The position numbers and the translations under genes are program-made. From Dipteris shenzhenensis (Eukaryota): a stretch of DNA of 64,000 nt. The DNA is taken from assembly GCA_047967505.1 (NCBI GenBank), contig CM106538.1; one strand, written 5' to 3'. Positions within the stretch are counted from its first letter, which is position 1, and every line of letters starts with the position of its first letter. A model generated the notes under the pieces. It made no database searches, was not told the origin of the DNA, and saw only the letters and a program-made list of their open reading frames with translations. Shown in pieces: positions 25,366 to 38,963 of the stretch.

Positions 25366-27760
25366 GGACATTCTTCATTTGCGCTGTCTTCTTCTACTTC
25401 CTCCATGACGAGCATCCTTAAAAATTCGTGTATATGCAAAATACTTTGCTGTGGTATTTTTATTTTTCCTTCTACCTCATATCCCATGCGCTTCTTTGAT
25501 TTCTTTGCCCTTGAATGCCAAGACACTATGATTGTCTCCGTCAAAACTTGTGAGACTGGTTCATCATTTGGGACCCAATCCTTCGTTATACAATTAGTAT
25601 ACAATGTGTTGTTATCCATATTCTCCTTCCTACCCTTTGGCTCATATCATACCACTATAAATGTTGTAGCTCTCCCTTGATCATCTCTTTGCACATCAAC
25701 TACTTTTGCAACCCAAAACTTCACATTCTCATGTTCATCATCCGATGGCCGAACCACAATAAAACAATCGACCTCTATACCTACTTGTGGCATAAACTCT
25801 CTCTTCTTTAGTCCACAATATGGAGGTGGGAGTAATGATACAAATTCATTTTCAAAGACTGGAGCTGGGTGCAAATCGTTATGAACATTTGGCCAAAATA
25901 TATTGCATTCCTCCTTGACATCCTTTGAGCCTCGCATTCTCTCAAGGTCCTTTATTAATTTTCGTGTCTTGTTAATTACAGTGGTAGTGTGTTCTCTCCG
26001 AGTGGGCTTCAAATCAGGATATCTCCAAAGCATTTCCTCTTTGTATGTAATAAATGCTTTTAATCCTTCTATTTCACAGTTAGATCTCTCATTGAATTCT
26101 TGTATAGGAGCCCATGTTGGATACCTTTCCTTGCTAGGAATTGAAGTTAAGGGAATGTAAGGTTCTTCAGGTTCCCATTTTGTATCATGAGAATATTGTT
26201 GCCATTGCATTACTAGTTTTTCATCCTTTAAAAAAAAACGAAAGTAGTGTGGATTGGTATGACTTGTCAATACATCACCACCCGTTTGTATGAAAGGTAG
26301 AATGAAGCTTTTCCAATTATACATTCTTTTGAGCCTCTCACATACCGTACTTTCCTTACAACCACCAACTTGCTTCCTACATCTTCTTACCAAGTCATCT
26401 ATTGTCTCCACATCCTTGCATTTAAGCTCTCTTGAGACTGTGCTAAAAACTTGATCGATATCCTCATGTGTATGCCCAACATACAAAAAACCACATTCGA
26501 CCTCATTGAAGATTCGATGAGCAACTAGCATTGAGCAGAATGCAAACATGAGTACATTCTTATTTTCTCGCCATCAATTATCAGCTTGTATTCTCAAAGT
26601 CGATGGTAGGTGACCTTTTTCTACATGTACATTGTGAATTGCCTTCATAATCGATGTTACAACTTGATTGCTATCATGTACATGCAAGGAATTAATCCAT
26701 ATATCTGCAAAAAACTTAATTCCATGCACCAACACTCCACATAAATGTGTCTTTAGAAAGTGCTTTCCTTGTAATTTAGGTGGAGTGGCAACAAAATGAG
26801 GCAATGCTGTTGTATTCTGATCCATGCCATCTATAATAAGGCACATGTAGTCATTAGAATGCGAAATAGATTGCTCCTTCCAAAATGCATATTTTTGTCT
26901 GGAATGTCGAATAAGGTCATGATGAGATTTTTCTCAATTTTTTTTGTATAATTCCCTTTGATTTGGACATGTTGCACTCTCAATCGCTCACTTTAAATCA
27001 TCACAGACATTGCACTTTGACATTTTTGCCTCTTTGGGATTTTAACATATCCAAAGTTCTTCTTCCAAAGAGTATACAAAGTATGAGAAGAAGCCACGGC
27101 ATCCCCTCTTTGCCTTTGCTTTTTTGCAATAGAGTCAAATACTTTGAGCTTTGGCAAGCCCATTGGAAGGTGCATTTCAATGATCGCATCACCATTAGGG
27201 AGTTTGGTAGATATATGGGGTTGAGATAAAGCATTTTCGTGTATGAAGTCTTGCAAAATTGCTACTACCCTGATAGCTGAGATTCTTGATTTGGACCTTC
27301 CTCTATTACCATGAATGCTAAATTTTTTGCTGCCCTTTGCCTTGGTGACTAAATCCCAATATGTACCATGGGATAATCCAATAATATTGTGATATGCCTT
27401 ATTGCAAATCTCTTTTCAATTTATGAGAGGTTTTAACTTTTGTCTTGAACTTATCCTTTTATTGCCATTCTAAAGAAAGCAAGAGAGACTTGTGAGAAGG
27501 AATTCATTTCTTTCGCTTCCTCTTCTTTGCCACACGTGTCCTCTACATTCCCTAATGTTTGCAAGATCAATGAAGCACATACATATTTGCTTGCAACATA
27601 GATATCCCAATGCATTGAACATGTTCTCCTCTTTCATTACTCTCTTCCTCTTTGGTTGCTTTTATGGATCTGCCTGGATTCGCTTTCTCTTCATGCATTT
27701 GGCACGTTGTTATCTGTATTTATACACTTCTTCTCGTCACGTTTGTTTATAACCAAGCAT
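25366..27760 (-). pseudogene. Sola1-type DDD transposase pseudogene with a C-terminal Tudor/BAH-like extension
   Basis: Motifs CCKQICM, ICNKAYHNIIG, HGNRG, LWKKNFGYVKIPK, CLIIDGMDQ, GVLVHG, LRIQADN..RENKN and FLYVGHTHEDIDQVFS, interrupted by several stops and frameshifts. The 5' boundary is approximate. Confidence 0.8.
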
Positions 27761-27998
27761 CCATGATTGGTCGTTGCATCCTTGGCCATATCACAATCAA
27801 AGTTAAATACTGAATAATCCTCTGTTGATCTCATCCTCATTTTTAACATATCTTAGGGCCATTCAATGAATTCAATATTCTACGAGAGTATTGAGAACCT
27901 TGAAACTCTTCCTATCCTGAGAGAACATCGCTCATTGGGACATCTTGCATGGCTTTCACAAATCCACAAGTTTGATTGACACCAGGTTTGTTAATATG

Positions 27999-28105
27999 GG
28001 GAAGTAGCAAGCTAAGGGTGTCCACTTTTTGTTCACTCCCCAATCCTTAGGAGGTGGAAAAACAAGCTTTTTAGCACACAAAAATGCAAATCTGACCTAC
28101 TTCCC
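27999..28105. mobile_element. 107-bp miniature TIR element with a 4-bp TSD (Sola-like structure)
   Basis: TATG|GGGAAGTAG...CTACTTCCC|TATG. The left end GTAGCAAGCTAAGGGTGTCCACTT recurs at 45145-45168. Confidence 0.7.
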
Positions 28106-29228
28106 TATGGATCTAGTCTTTGAAGTCTTCTGACATAACATCACACTTGCTATTGTGCACACAATCGTATAGTCTGATCGAAAATTCGATGCACACACAA
28201 AAAATTTCTTTGTGTCACACGGCATGGTTCCAGGGTGGTCACACGTTTGTCACGAACAGAGAGTGTCATATTAAATTCTCAATTTCTCACTCATTTTAGA
28301 TTAAATGTTATTGAAACTTTGTAAGTGGTCTCTTTGCATTATGTAGAGCTTAACTTGATTTATTGGTAATTTTTTGAATGATTTATCTAATTATAAATTA
28401 TTATTTATAATAAATAAATTCATAAAATACATGCATTTTAGTAGCACACCACATTTTTTTAGTATTTTGAATAATTAAGCAAATCCAATTCGGTGGAAGG
28501 TTAGTAGGCAAATCCCAGATCCGATGGTTAGATTTAGGAAGATTGAAGTTTGATTTTTACTTTTACTCCTTAGAGGATCAACAAAGAATATTAAAAATAA
28601 ATCTAGTAATTCTCAAACATGACCAAACATTTCAAAAATGTCAATATTTTTAGTCCTCTGCATGATGAATAAGAGGAAAAAATTTTGGTTAAATTTGAGT
28701 AAGGGAAACGTACGATATGGCCTCCAACAATGAAATCTCCCTTTTGTGGGGGAAAAAGGGCCACCCAAGCCTAATACCAAGACAAGGTAGGCTTGGTGAG
28801 GTAGGCTAGGAGCATCACCGACCCTAGTGCCAAGCCTTTGGAGTCTGCATGCTACCCATGCAGAAGGCTGAGTCATCAAAACCATGCCACATTGTTAGAC
28901 CACGTGGTGCCATCTCATCAAGAAGATGGGACATCACTCCTTGCCATGTCACCTTACATTGCCACACGTGCTGCCACATGTGCCACCTCATCATTCCACA
29001 TCATGAGCCATGTGATCACACCTTGCCACCTTGGCATACCTCCTCAACCTTGCCACATCACCAATCCCTCCACCTCAATTTGCCATGTCAATCTACCACC
29101 TCATGAATGCCAACTCATCATGCCACATCACCTTTCAATGTCATGGAAGAGACTATATTACCACATCATGACCATGCATGGTGCCACATCAGCCAGATGT
29201 ATACACATGATGATGTGCGAGGCATAGA

Positions 29229-29379
29229 ATACCTCGATCGAGGTATATGACCTGCGTGAGGCATACAATACCTCGATCAAGGTATATGACCGAGGATACC
29301 TAGGGATACCTCGATCGAGGTTTATGCATGCGTAATGCATTGAATACCTCGATCGAGGTATATGGTCTGATCGAGGTAT
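29229..29379. repeat. Cluster of about 5 copies of the palindrome ATACCTCGATCGAGGTAT
   Basis: Read directly; it lies about 100 bp upstream of a TATA-like ctctataa at about 29481. Confidence 0.85.
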
Positions 29380-29577
29380 ATGAAGGTACAAAACTTAGCC
29401 AATTAGTTTCAATCTTAGCACCTCTCCACCAATAATAATGAAGAGCAATCTAAGAGCAATCTAGTGGATGAGTTGAGGCTCTCTATAAGACACCACGTTT
29501 TGGTTCATTTCACCCATTCTTAGCCATTCTTGCCTCCTCATCACTTTGTCACACCTTCCATCCTACTTTCATTGAGA

Positions 29578-30529
29578 ATGGGTACTCAAAGCCGTAGAGC
29601 TAGTAGGCGTGAAAGATGTAGGAACCCCCCACAAATGTCATTGACGAGGAGCGCAAGCGGAAGGCTCGTGAGCGCAAGAGAGCCTCTAGAGCTTGAGCTC
29701 ACGCTGCCACCACTGATCCACCTCCAGCTCTACCTCTACATCCCACCTCCACCCCCACCTCCACCCCCACCCCCACCTCCATTGTCCCCCATCCTCATCC
29801 GCTCCCCTACCTCTAGCCTTCGCCCTTCCCCTAGCCACCTACATTTTGGCCTCCACCTCTACCTCTTCCCCCTCCACCCTCCCCCCTCCCCCTCCCCCTC
29901 CCCCTCCCCCTGCTCTGCTTGGCGCCTTCCTTTCCCCGTCCACCCTACCATCTCCCATTGATCCCCTTGCCCCACCTTGCAGCAGCAGTGTTGCTTCACG
30001 ACGTGACTTGCTGAAGTCCACTATCCGTCGTCGTACTAGCAAGATTGTGCAGTCTTTTTTTTGTGACCTCACGCCAGCTTTGCAGTCTTCTCTTCTCACG
30101 TCCCTGATTGATCACCTTGACTTGGTAGAGTGTAGGAGGCTTGCTGGTCTTGGTGCACGTAGAGATAGGGTTGTATCTAGCGAGGTCCTTAGCAGTGTTC
30201 GATGTTCCTATGCTTCTATTAAGCATAGGAACTCCAGTGATGCCTTGACAGCACGTCGTGCTATTGTGGCTGCCATTAGTAGACCTCATATGATAGGCCA
30301 TGTGCGTACCACTTCACGTCTTCTTCAGATTGCACCGTGCACATTGCGAGTAGGCATCATTAGGAGGCAGAGTCTAGAGGATGGTGAGACTGATGCTCTT
30401 TGGGATTCAAGTGGTCGTGCACCTCGCAACGATCGATTGTTGGATGATTCCACTAGGTCCTTCATACAATAGTTTTGGGAGGAGCATTGCAGAGCATCCC
30501 CGATGTTCAAGAAGGCATTGCGGAAGAGG
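29578..30529 (+). pseudogene. N-terminal part of a putative DNA-transposon protein (possibly Sola2-like)
   Basis: Basic ERKRKARERKRASRA segment, Pro-rich linker, HTH-like RTTSRLLQIAPCTL, then W..SGRAPRNDRL..FIQ*FWEEHCRASPMFKKALRKR. The same pattern is in the ORF at 55802-56038. Confidence 0.5.
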
Positions 30530-30897
30530 GTAATATTTGCCTCTTTTTTTCCTTGCTTTTGACCAAAAGCAAAGATGACCCAGGAAAAGAAACATCCAAC
30601 CACACATTCATATACAAAGTTCTCTTTAGGAAAGAAAGCATAGCAACAATCAAATCTACTTCAAAATCCAAACTCCACTATAGTCAATACTATGATAAAT
30701 GCATAGTTAGATTCTAACAAGCATGATGAGCAATGCAACTCACCCCAAGAGCAATCATAAAAATAATGTCAAACACCTCCACTTCTTGGTAGTCTCTCGA
30801 CAGTCTATGACGAGAAATACGGTGAATCTGATCCATTTCACTTATAGATGGCATCCATACACCTCACAAACTATCCAAGCAAACATCACCACTATTA

Positions 30898-31806
30898 GGG
30901 GACAAATGGGGTCTCAAAAGGGCCTCCAATTAGTGTTTCCTAATTTCAAGGGATTAGAGAGCAATTTCAGGTTTACCAATGAGAGTGCCTTGACGTGTGG
31001 GGCAATGCCATGTTGAAGTTGACAAAAGCATTTAAGGGCATATGGATCTTTAACCCATAGTTTGGACCCATGATCTTCACTCCTAGCCCTTGACCTAATC
31101 TCCAATCCAAGGGATACATTCAAATTTGAGGTAGACCACTCCCAATCATTAGATCAAGTGCTAGATCTAAGGGATGCCATCAAAGGATGGAGGGATCAAA
31201 TATCCACCCTTGATCAAAACAAAGATCTGATGGAGGAGGTGAGAGGAGAATCCGCTTCAATCTATGCCATGGATTTGATTGTAGATCCAAGGGAAGAGAT
31301 GAGTGAAGAAAGAGCTTCAATCCAGGCCATTGATGTGATGGAGGATCCAAGGGAGGAGATTCTAGAGATAGGCTCTTAAATTTAGGCCGTCCATTATGCA
31401 CCTTCATCCTAGCCCTTCATTTAAGTAGGTTGATCTCCACGCTCCATTCTTCACCTCAATCATAGCTCTCCATTATGTGCCTCCATCTCAATGATCTAGA
31501 TCAATGGTCCACACTGAAAGGAGCCTTTCCCTCTTAATGAGGCCTCCCCAAAGTCAAAATTTGCCATTTGGAGCCCATCAAAGTGCATCCACCATCCACT
31601 AAAGGCATCCTACGCCTTTGATCCATCCAACATCCACCTCCATCCAAAGGCCAAGGTCACCTAATTCAAATTAAAGATACCGATGCCAATTTAGTCAATG
31701 CTATGGGACCCTTAGCCCAGGGGTCAATGTAGTTGGTTCACTTCCCATTAGCCTAATCCATTTAATACATTCCTTATGAGGCCCTTTTGAGACCCCATTT
31801 CTCCCC
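30898..31806. mobile_element. MITE / non-autonomous TIR element, 909 bp
   Basis: 29-bp TIRs GGGGACAAATGGGGTCTCAAAAGGGCCTC (30898-30926) and their complement (31778-31806) with 1 mismatch. TA flanks both ends (TTA/TAA). Confidence 0.85.
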
Positions 31807-31840
31807 TAATTGAATAAGAATACAATCGCAAAATAAACCC

Positions 31841-34800
31841 AATGGCACAATACTTTGTGCATGCCTCAACCTAGGTGGTATTGAGTTTCATGCAAAGTGG
31901 TGTGCCCATCTGATAAGTACTTGTTCGGATAACACACCTAGGAGCGTGTTTTTTGATGGATGTGCATCACACTCGGGGAAAATTGGTATTTAATGCGTGA
32001 TCGACCATGCAAAGCATATCCGATGGGCACTAGAATTTGCACCTGTCTTAAAGTAAGTGGTATTACATCACCTGTAAAGTGTCACGCCCATCCGATAAGT
32101 ACTTATTCGGATAACACACCTGGAAGCTTGTTTGTTGACAGTTGTACATAACACTAGGGGGAAAATGGTGTATAATGTGTGATGGACCATGCAAATCATA
32201 TCTGATGGACAGATAATTTTCATGCACCTCAAAGTAGGTGGTATTAAGGACTTTGCAAAGTGTCGCACCCATCCGATAAGTGCTTCTTCAAATAACACAC
32301 CTAGGAGCATGTTTTTTGACAGTTGTGCATGACACAGAGGAAAAAAGGTTGTTTAATTCTTGATCGACCATGCAAAGCATATCCAATGGACACAATACTT
32401 ACCTAGTTGGTATTGAGTTGCATGAAAATTAGCTTGCCCATCCGATAAGTACTTGTTTGGATAAGACACCTAGGAGCGTGGTTTTTGATAGTTGTACATC
32501 ACACTCATGGAAAAATGGTATTTAATGTGTGATCGACCATGCAAAGCATAACCGATGGGAACCTTACTTTTCATGCATCTCAACATAGGTGGGATTACAT
32601 TGTGTTAAAAGTGGCACACCCATCTGATAAGTGCTTGTTTGGATAACATAACTAAGAGCATGTTTTTTGACGGTTGTGCATAACACTAGGGGGAAAATAG
32701 TGTATAATGCGTGATTGACCATGCAAAGCACTGATGGACAAGATAATCTACATGCACCTCAATGTAAGTGTTTTTAAGCCCTTGCAAAGTGGCGCAACCA
32801 TCTGATAAGTACTTGTTCGAATAACACACCTAGGAGTCTGTTTTTTGATGGTTATGCATAACACTAAGGAAAAAACGGTGTTTAATGCTTGATCAACCAT
32901 GCAAAGCATATTATATGGACACAAACTTTTCACACTCCTCAACCTAGGTGGTATTGAGTTGCATGCAAAGTGGCTCTCCCATCCATTAAGTACTTATTTG
33001 GATAACACACCTAGGAGCACGTTTTTTAATAGTTGTGCATGATACTGGGGGAAAAATGTTGTTTAATGTGTGATCGGCCAAGCAAAGCATATCCGATCAG
33101 AACAATACTTTGCAAATGACTCAATCTATATTGTATTGACTTGCGTGCAAATTGGTGTGCCCATCTGATAAGTACTTGTTTGGATTACACACCTGCACCT
33201 AGGTTGTATTGACTTGTGTACAAAGTGGAAACCCCCATCTGACAAGCACTTGTTCGAATAACACACCTAGGACCGTGTTTTTTTATGGTTGTGCATGACA
33301 CTAAGGCACAAATGGTGTTTAATACTTGATATACCATGCAAATCATATCCGATGGGCACAATATTATGCATACACCACAATCTAGGTGATATTGAGTTTC
33401 ATGCAAAGTGGCATGTCCATTTGATAAGTACTTGATCGGATAACATACCTAGCAGCGTGTTTTTTTACGAATGTGCATGACACTAACACAAAAACGATAT
33501 TTAATGCTCAATCGACCATGTAAAACATATCTGATGGACACAATACTTTTCCTACACCTCAACCTAGGTGGTATTAACTTGTGTGAAAAGAGGCACACCC
33601 ATCCGATAAGTACTTGGTCGGATAACACTCCTAAGAGCATGTTTCTTTTACGAATGTGCATATCACTAGGGGGCAACGGTGTATAATGTGTGATCGACCA
33701 TGAAAAGCATATTCGATGGGCACAATACTTTGCATGCACCTCAACCTAGTTGAACTTGACTTGTGTGCAAAGTGGAGGCCCCATCCACTGATAAGTACTT
33801 ATTTGAATAACACACATAGGACTGTGTGTTTTTTAATGGTTGTGCATGACACTAAGGCAAAAACGGTGTTTTATGCTTGATTGACAATGCAAAGCATATC
33901 ATATGGGCACAATACTTTGCACGCACCTCAAACTAGGTGAAATTGACTTACATGAAAAGTGGTGCACCCATCCCATAAGTACTTGTTCAAATAACACATC
34001 TAGGACCGGGTTTTTTAACGGTTGTGCATGACACTAAGGCAAAAATGGCGTATAATGTGTGATCGCCTGTGCAAAGCATATCCGATGGGCACAATAGTTT
34101 GCATATGCCTCAATATATGTGGTATTGAGCTGCATACAAAGTGACGTGCCCATACCATAAGCACTTGTTCGGATAACACACCTAGGAGCGCATTTTTTGA
34201 CAGTAGTGCATAACACAAGGATGAAAATGTTGTATAATGTGTGATTGACAATGCAAAGCATATTTGATGGACACAATACTTTGCACACACCTCAACCTTG
34301 GTGTTATTGAGTTGCATCCAAAGTGGCGTGTCCATCTGATAAGTACTGGATTGGATAATACACCTAGGACCACGTTTTTGGATGGTTGTGCATGACACTA
34401 AGGGCAAAATGGAATTTAATGCTCCCTCAACCATGCAAAGCATATCCGATGGGCACAATACTTTGCATGTGCTTCAACCATGGTGGTATTGATGAGTTGC
34501 ATACAAAGTGGTACACGCATCCGATAAGCACTTGGTTGGATAACAAACCTAAAAGCATGTTTTTTTATGGTTGTGCATGACATTGATGCACAAATGGTGT
34601 TTAATGCATGATATACCATGCAAAGCATATCCGATGGGCATATTACTTTGCACGCACCTCAACCTTGCTGTTATTGAGTTGCATGCAAAGTGGCGTGTCC
34701 ATCCGATAAGTACTTGATTGGATAACACACCTAGGACCGTGTTTTTTTACAGATGTGCTTGACACTAAGGCAAAAATGGTATTTAATGCTCAATCGACCA

Positions 34801-37266
34801 TGCATAGCATATCTGATAGGCACAATACTTTTCTTGTGTCTCAACCTGGTGGTATTTACTTTTTTGCAAAGATGCACACCCATCCTATAAGTACCTGGTC
34901 GGATAACACACCCAAGAGCGTGTTTTTTACGGATGTGCATATCACTAGGGGAAAAATGATGTATAATGTGTGATTGACCATGCAAAGCATATCTGATGGG
35001 CACAATACTTTGCATGCACCTTAGCCTAGTTGAACTTGACTTGTGTGCAAAGTGGAGTTCCCATCCCCGATAAGTACTTGTTTGAATAACACACCTAGGA
35101 CCGTGTTTTTTTATGGTTGTACATGACACTAAGACAAAAACGGTATTTTATGCTTTATCGACAATGCAAAGCATATTCGATGGGCACAATACTTTGCACG
35201 CACATTAAAATTGGTGGAATTGACTTACATGCAAAGTGGTGCACTCATCCCATAAGCACTTGTTCGAATAACACAACTAGGACCGTGTTTTTTTATGGTT
35301 GTGCATGACACTAAGGTAAAAACGGTATTTAATGCTCCCTCGACCATGCAAAGCATATATGATGGCCACAATACTTTGTATGCACCTCAAAAGTGGTAGT
35401 ATTGAGTTACATGCAAATTGGTACACCCATTTGATAAGCAATTGGTTGGATACACACCTAAAAGCGTGTTTTTTAATAGTTGTGCATGACACTGAGGCAC
35501 AAACTATGTTTAATGCATGATATACCATGAAAAGCATATCCGATGGGCACAATACTTTGCACACACCTCAACCTAGGTGTTTTTGAGTTGCTTGAAAAGT
35601 ATCGTGTCCATTCAATAAGTACTTAATTGGATAACACACCTAGTGCATGTTTTCTTATTGATGTGCCAGACACTAAGGCAAGAATGGTATTTAATGCTCA
35701 ATCAAGCATGCAATGCATATCCAATGCACACAATACTTTACCTACACCTCAGCATAGGTGGTATTGATTTCTTTGCAAAGAGGCACACCCATCCGATACA
35801 TAGTTGGTCGGATAACACACCTAAGTGTGTGTTTTCTTACAAATGTGCATAACAGTAGGAAAAAAACGGTGTATAATGCATGATCGACCATGCAAAGCAT
35901 ATTTGATGGGCAAAATACTTTGCACACACCTCAACCTAGTTGAACTTGACTTGCGTGCAAAGTGGAGGCCCCATCCGATAAGTACTTGTTTGAATAACAC
36001 ACCTAGGACCATGTTTTTTTATGGTTCATCACACTAAGGCAAAAACGGTGTTTTATGCTTGATCGACAATGCAAAGCATATTCGATGGGCACAATACTTT
36101 GTACACACCTTAAACTAGATGGAATTGACTTACATGCAAAGTGGCACACCCATCCCATAAGTACTTGTTCAAATAACACATGTAGGACCATGTTTTTTTA
36201 CGGTTGTGCATGACACTAAGGTAAAAATGGTGTATAATGCATGATTGCCTATGAAAAGCATATTCGATGGGAACAATTCTTTGCATAGGCCTCAACCTAT
36301 GTGGTGTTGAGTTTTATACAAAGTGACGCACCCATACCATAAGTACTCGTTTGGATAACACACCTAGGAGCACATTTTTTGCTGGTAGTGCATATGACAA
36401 GGACAAAAATGGTGTATAATGCATGATTGACAATACAAATCATATCCGATGGGCACAAAACTTTGCGCACACCTCAACCTAGGTGGTATTGACTTGTGTG
36501 CTATGAGGTGCCCCCATTCGATAAGCACTTGTTGGAATAACACACCTAGGACCGTGTTTTTTGACAGTTGTGCATGACACTAAGACAAAAAAAGGTATTT
36601 AATGCTCCATCGACCATGAAAAGCATATTTGATGGGCACAATACCTTGCATGTGCCACAACCATAGTGGTATTGAGTTTCATGCAAAGTGGTACACCCAT
36701 CCAATAAGTACTTGGTCGGATAACACAGCCTAAAAGCATGTTTTTTAATGGTTGTGCATGACACTGAGGCACAAATGGTGTTTAATGCTTGATATACCAT
36801 GCAAAGCATATCTGATGGGCACAATACTTTCCACATGCCTCAACCTATGTGTTATTAAGTGTCATGCAAAGTGGCATGTCCATCCAGTAAGTACTTGATT
36901 GGATAACACACCTAGGACCCTGTTTTTTTACGGATGTGCTTGATACTAAGGCAAAAACGGTATTTAATGCTCAATCGATCATGCATAGCATATCCAATGG
37001 GCACAATACTTTTCTTGTGCCTCAACCTAGGTGTTATTGAATTTTTTACAAAGAGGCACACCCATCCAATAAGTACTTGGTCGCATAACACACCGAAGAG
37101 CATGTTTTTTTATGGATGTGCATATCACTAGGGGAAAAATGGTTTATAATGTGTGATCAATTGACCATGCAAAGCATATCCGATGGGCACAATACTTTGC
37201 ACACATATCAACCTAGTTGAACTTGACTTTCTTGCAAAGTGGCTCCCCCATCAGACAAGTACTTGT
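31841..37266 (+). repeat. Satellite array 1: about 30 copies of a ~181-bp monomer, with a 7-mer higher-order repeat in the distal part
   Basis: The unit ccatgcaaagcatatccgatgggcacaatactttgca...cctaggtggtattgagttgcatgcaaagtgg...gataagtacttgtt..gataacacacctagga recurs about every 181 bp. Confidence 0.97.
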
Positions 37267-38009
37267 AAACTAAAAAAAGCCGACTTACCTAAAAGCTACC
37301 CATTTCCTATAAAACTCTAGTTCTCCTCATTCTTTCTCATAACTTTCCTCGAGCCCCTCCACCACCTCCCCACCCAGGTACTCGCTCCCTCCCTCCCTTC
37401 CCCTCTCCTCCGTCCCCTCCCTTTCCCTCTCCTCTCGCCCTCTCCCATCCCCTCTCCTCCCGCTCCTCTCCCATCCCCTCTCCTCCTGCTCCTCTCCCTT
37501 CCCCTCTCCTCCTACTTCCCCCTCCCCTCCCTCCTCCTGCTTCCCCCCTCCCCCCCCTTCCCCTCCCCTCTCCCTCCCTTCCCCTCTCCTCCCTTCCTGC
37601 CTCCCCTCCCTTCCCCTCTCCTCCTACTTCCCCCTCCCCTCTTCTTCTCCTGCTTGCCCCCTTCGATTGCAAATCCTCTCCCTCCCTCCCCTTACCCTTT
37701 GATCCTTTTTTTTTGTCTTTTTTTTTTGGGAGTGGGGAGGGCGAGGAACGAAGAGGCGGAGGGGCTTTTTTTTTCTGGGGAGCAGGGAGGTGGGGACAGA
37801 GGAGGGGGAGGTGAAGGCGGGGAGGCGGAGGAGAGGACGGAGGTGGGAGGAGGGGATAGAGGTGGGAGAGGTGAAGGCGGGGAGGCGGAGGAGAAGACGG
37901 AGGTGGGGAGGCAAGAGGCGAAGGTGGGGAGGTGGGAGGGGGGAGACGAAGGCATGGAGGGGAGGCGGAGGCAAGAGGCAGGAGGGGGGAGGTGGGGAGG
38001 AGAGGAGGG

Positions 38010-38230
38010 AGGAGGGGGGATTAACCCCCCCTAACCTGTTGCATGCACAATAGGTTAGGGGGGTTAATCCCCTCCCCTAAGGCCGCAATGGCCCATGTTG
38101 CGCGCGCAATAGGTTAGGGGGGGTTAATCCCCTCCCCTAAGGTCCCAAGGGCCTCCTGTTACGCACACAACAAGGGCCCTTGGGGCCTTAGGGGAGGGGA
38201 TTAACCCTCCCTTAAGGGGGCCCTTTGGGC
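38010..38230. repeat. Cluster of GC-rich hairpins (ggggattaacccccc..ctaacc...ggttaggggggttaatcccc)
   Basis: A near-perfect ~60-nt inverted repeat at about 38016-38071, plus related direct and inverted copies. Confidence 0.75.
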
Positions 38231-38963
38231 CTCCACCCAAAAAAAAAAAAAAAGATGAAAAAAATTTTAAGGGCCTTGGGGCCTTACTCGAGAGGCCTTT
38301 GGGCCTTTTTTTAAAAAAAATATTAAAAAATAAAATATTTTAAATAAATAAAATAAGATAAAATTAATTTAAATTAAATTAAAAATTAAAATTAAATAAA
38401 TAAATAAAAATTTAAAAAAGTTTTAAAAAATGAAGAAAAAAAATAAAAAAAATTAAAATTTAAATAATTTAAATAAATAAAATAAATTAATTTAATTTAA
38501 TTAAAAAAATAAAATAAATTATATTCTATTCTAATAAATTTAAATAAAAAATTAAAAATTAAAATTAAATAAATAACTAAAATTTTAAAAAATTAAATTA
38601 AAATATTAATATATATATATATATATATATCAATTTAAATAAATAAAATAAAATTTTAAAAAAATCAAATAAAATTTTAGAAAATTTAAATTAAATTTTC
38701 TTATCTATGTTTATAAAATATTTTGAATTAAATTATTTATGTAAAAAAATATTAGATTAAAAAATAGTATTTAGAAATATAAAAATATATTTTAAAAAAT
38801 ATATTTAAACTTTGGAAATTTTAATAAAATATATTTTTTCAAATATATTTGAACTTTTGAAATTTTAATTAAATTTTAATTTTTAATAGTAATTTTTTTA
38901 ATATTTTGAGTTTGAAAATCATTATAATTCTCTTTTTTTTTTTTGATTGCTTTGAAGAAAACT

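Noticed and set aside
31960-37131. Many Cys/His-rich 60-150 aa ORFs, also at 43-44 kb and 49.7-52 kb
   Set aside because: They are translations of the satellite monomer; frames are not conserved between copies.
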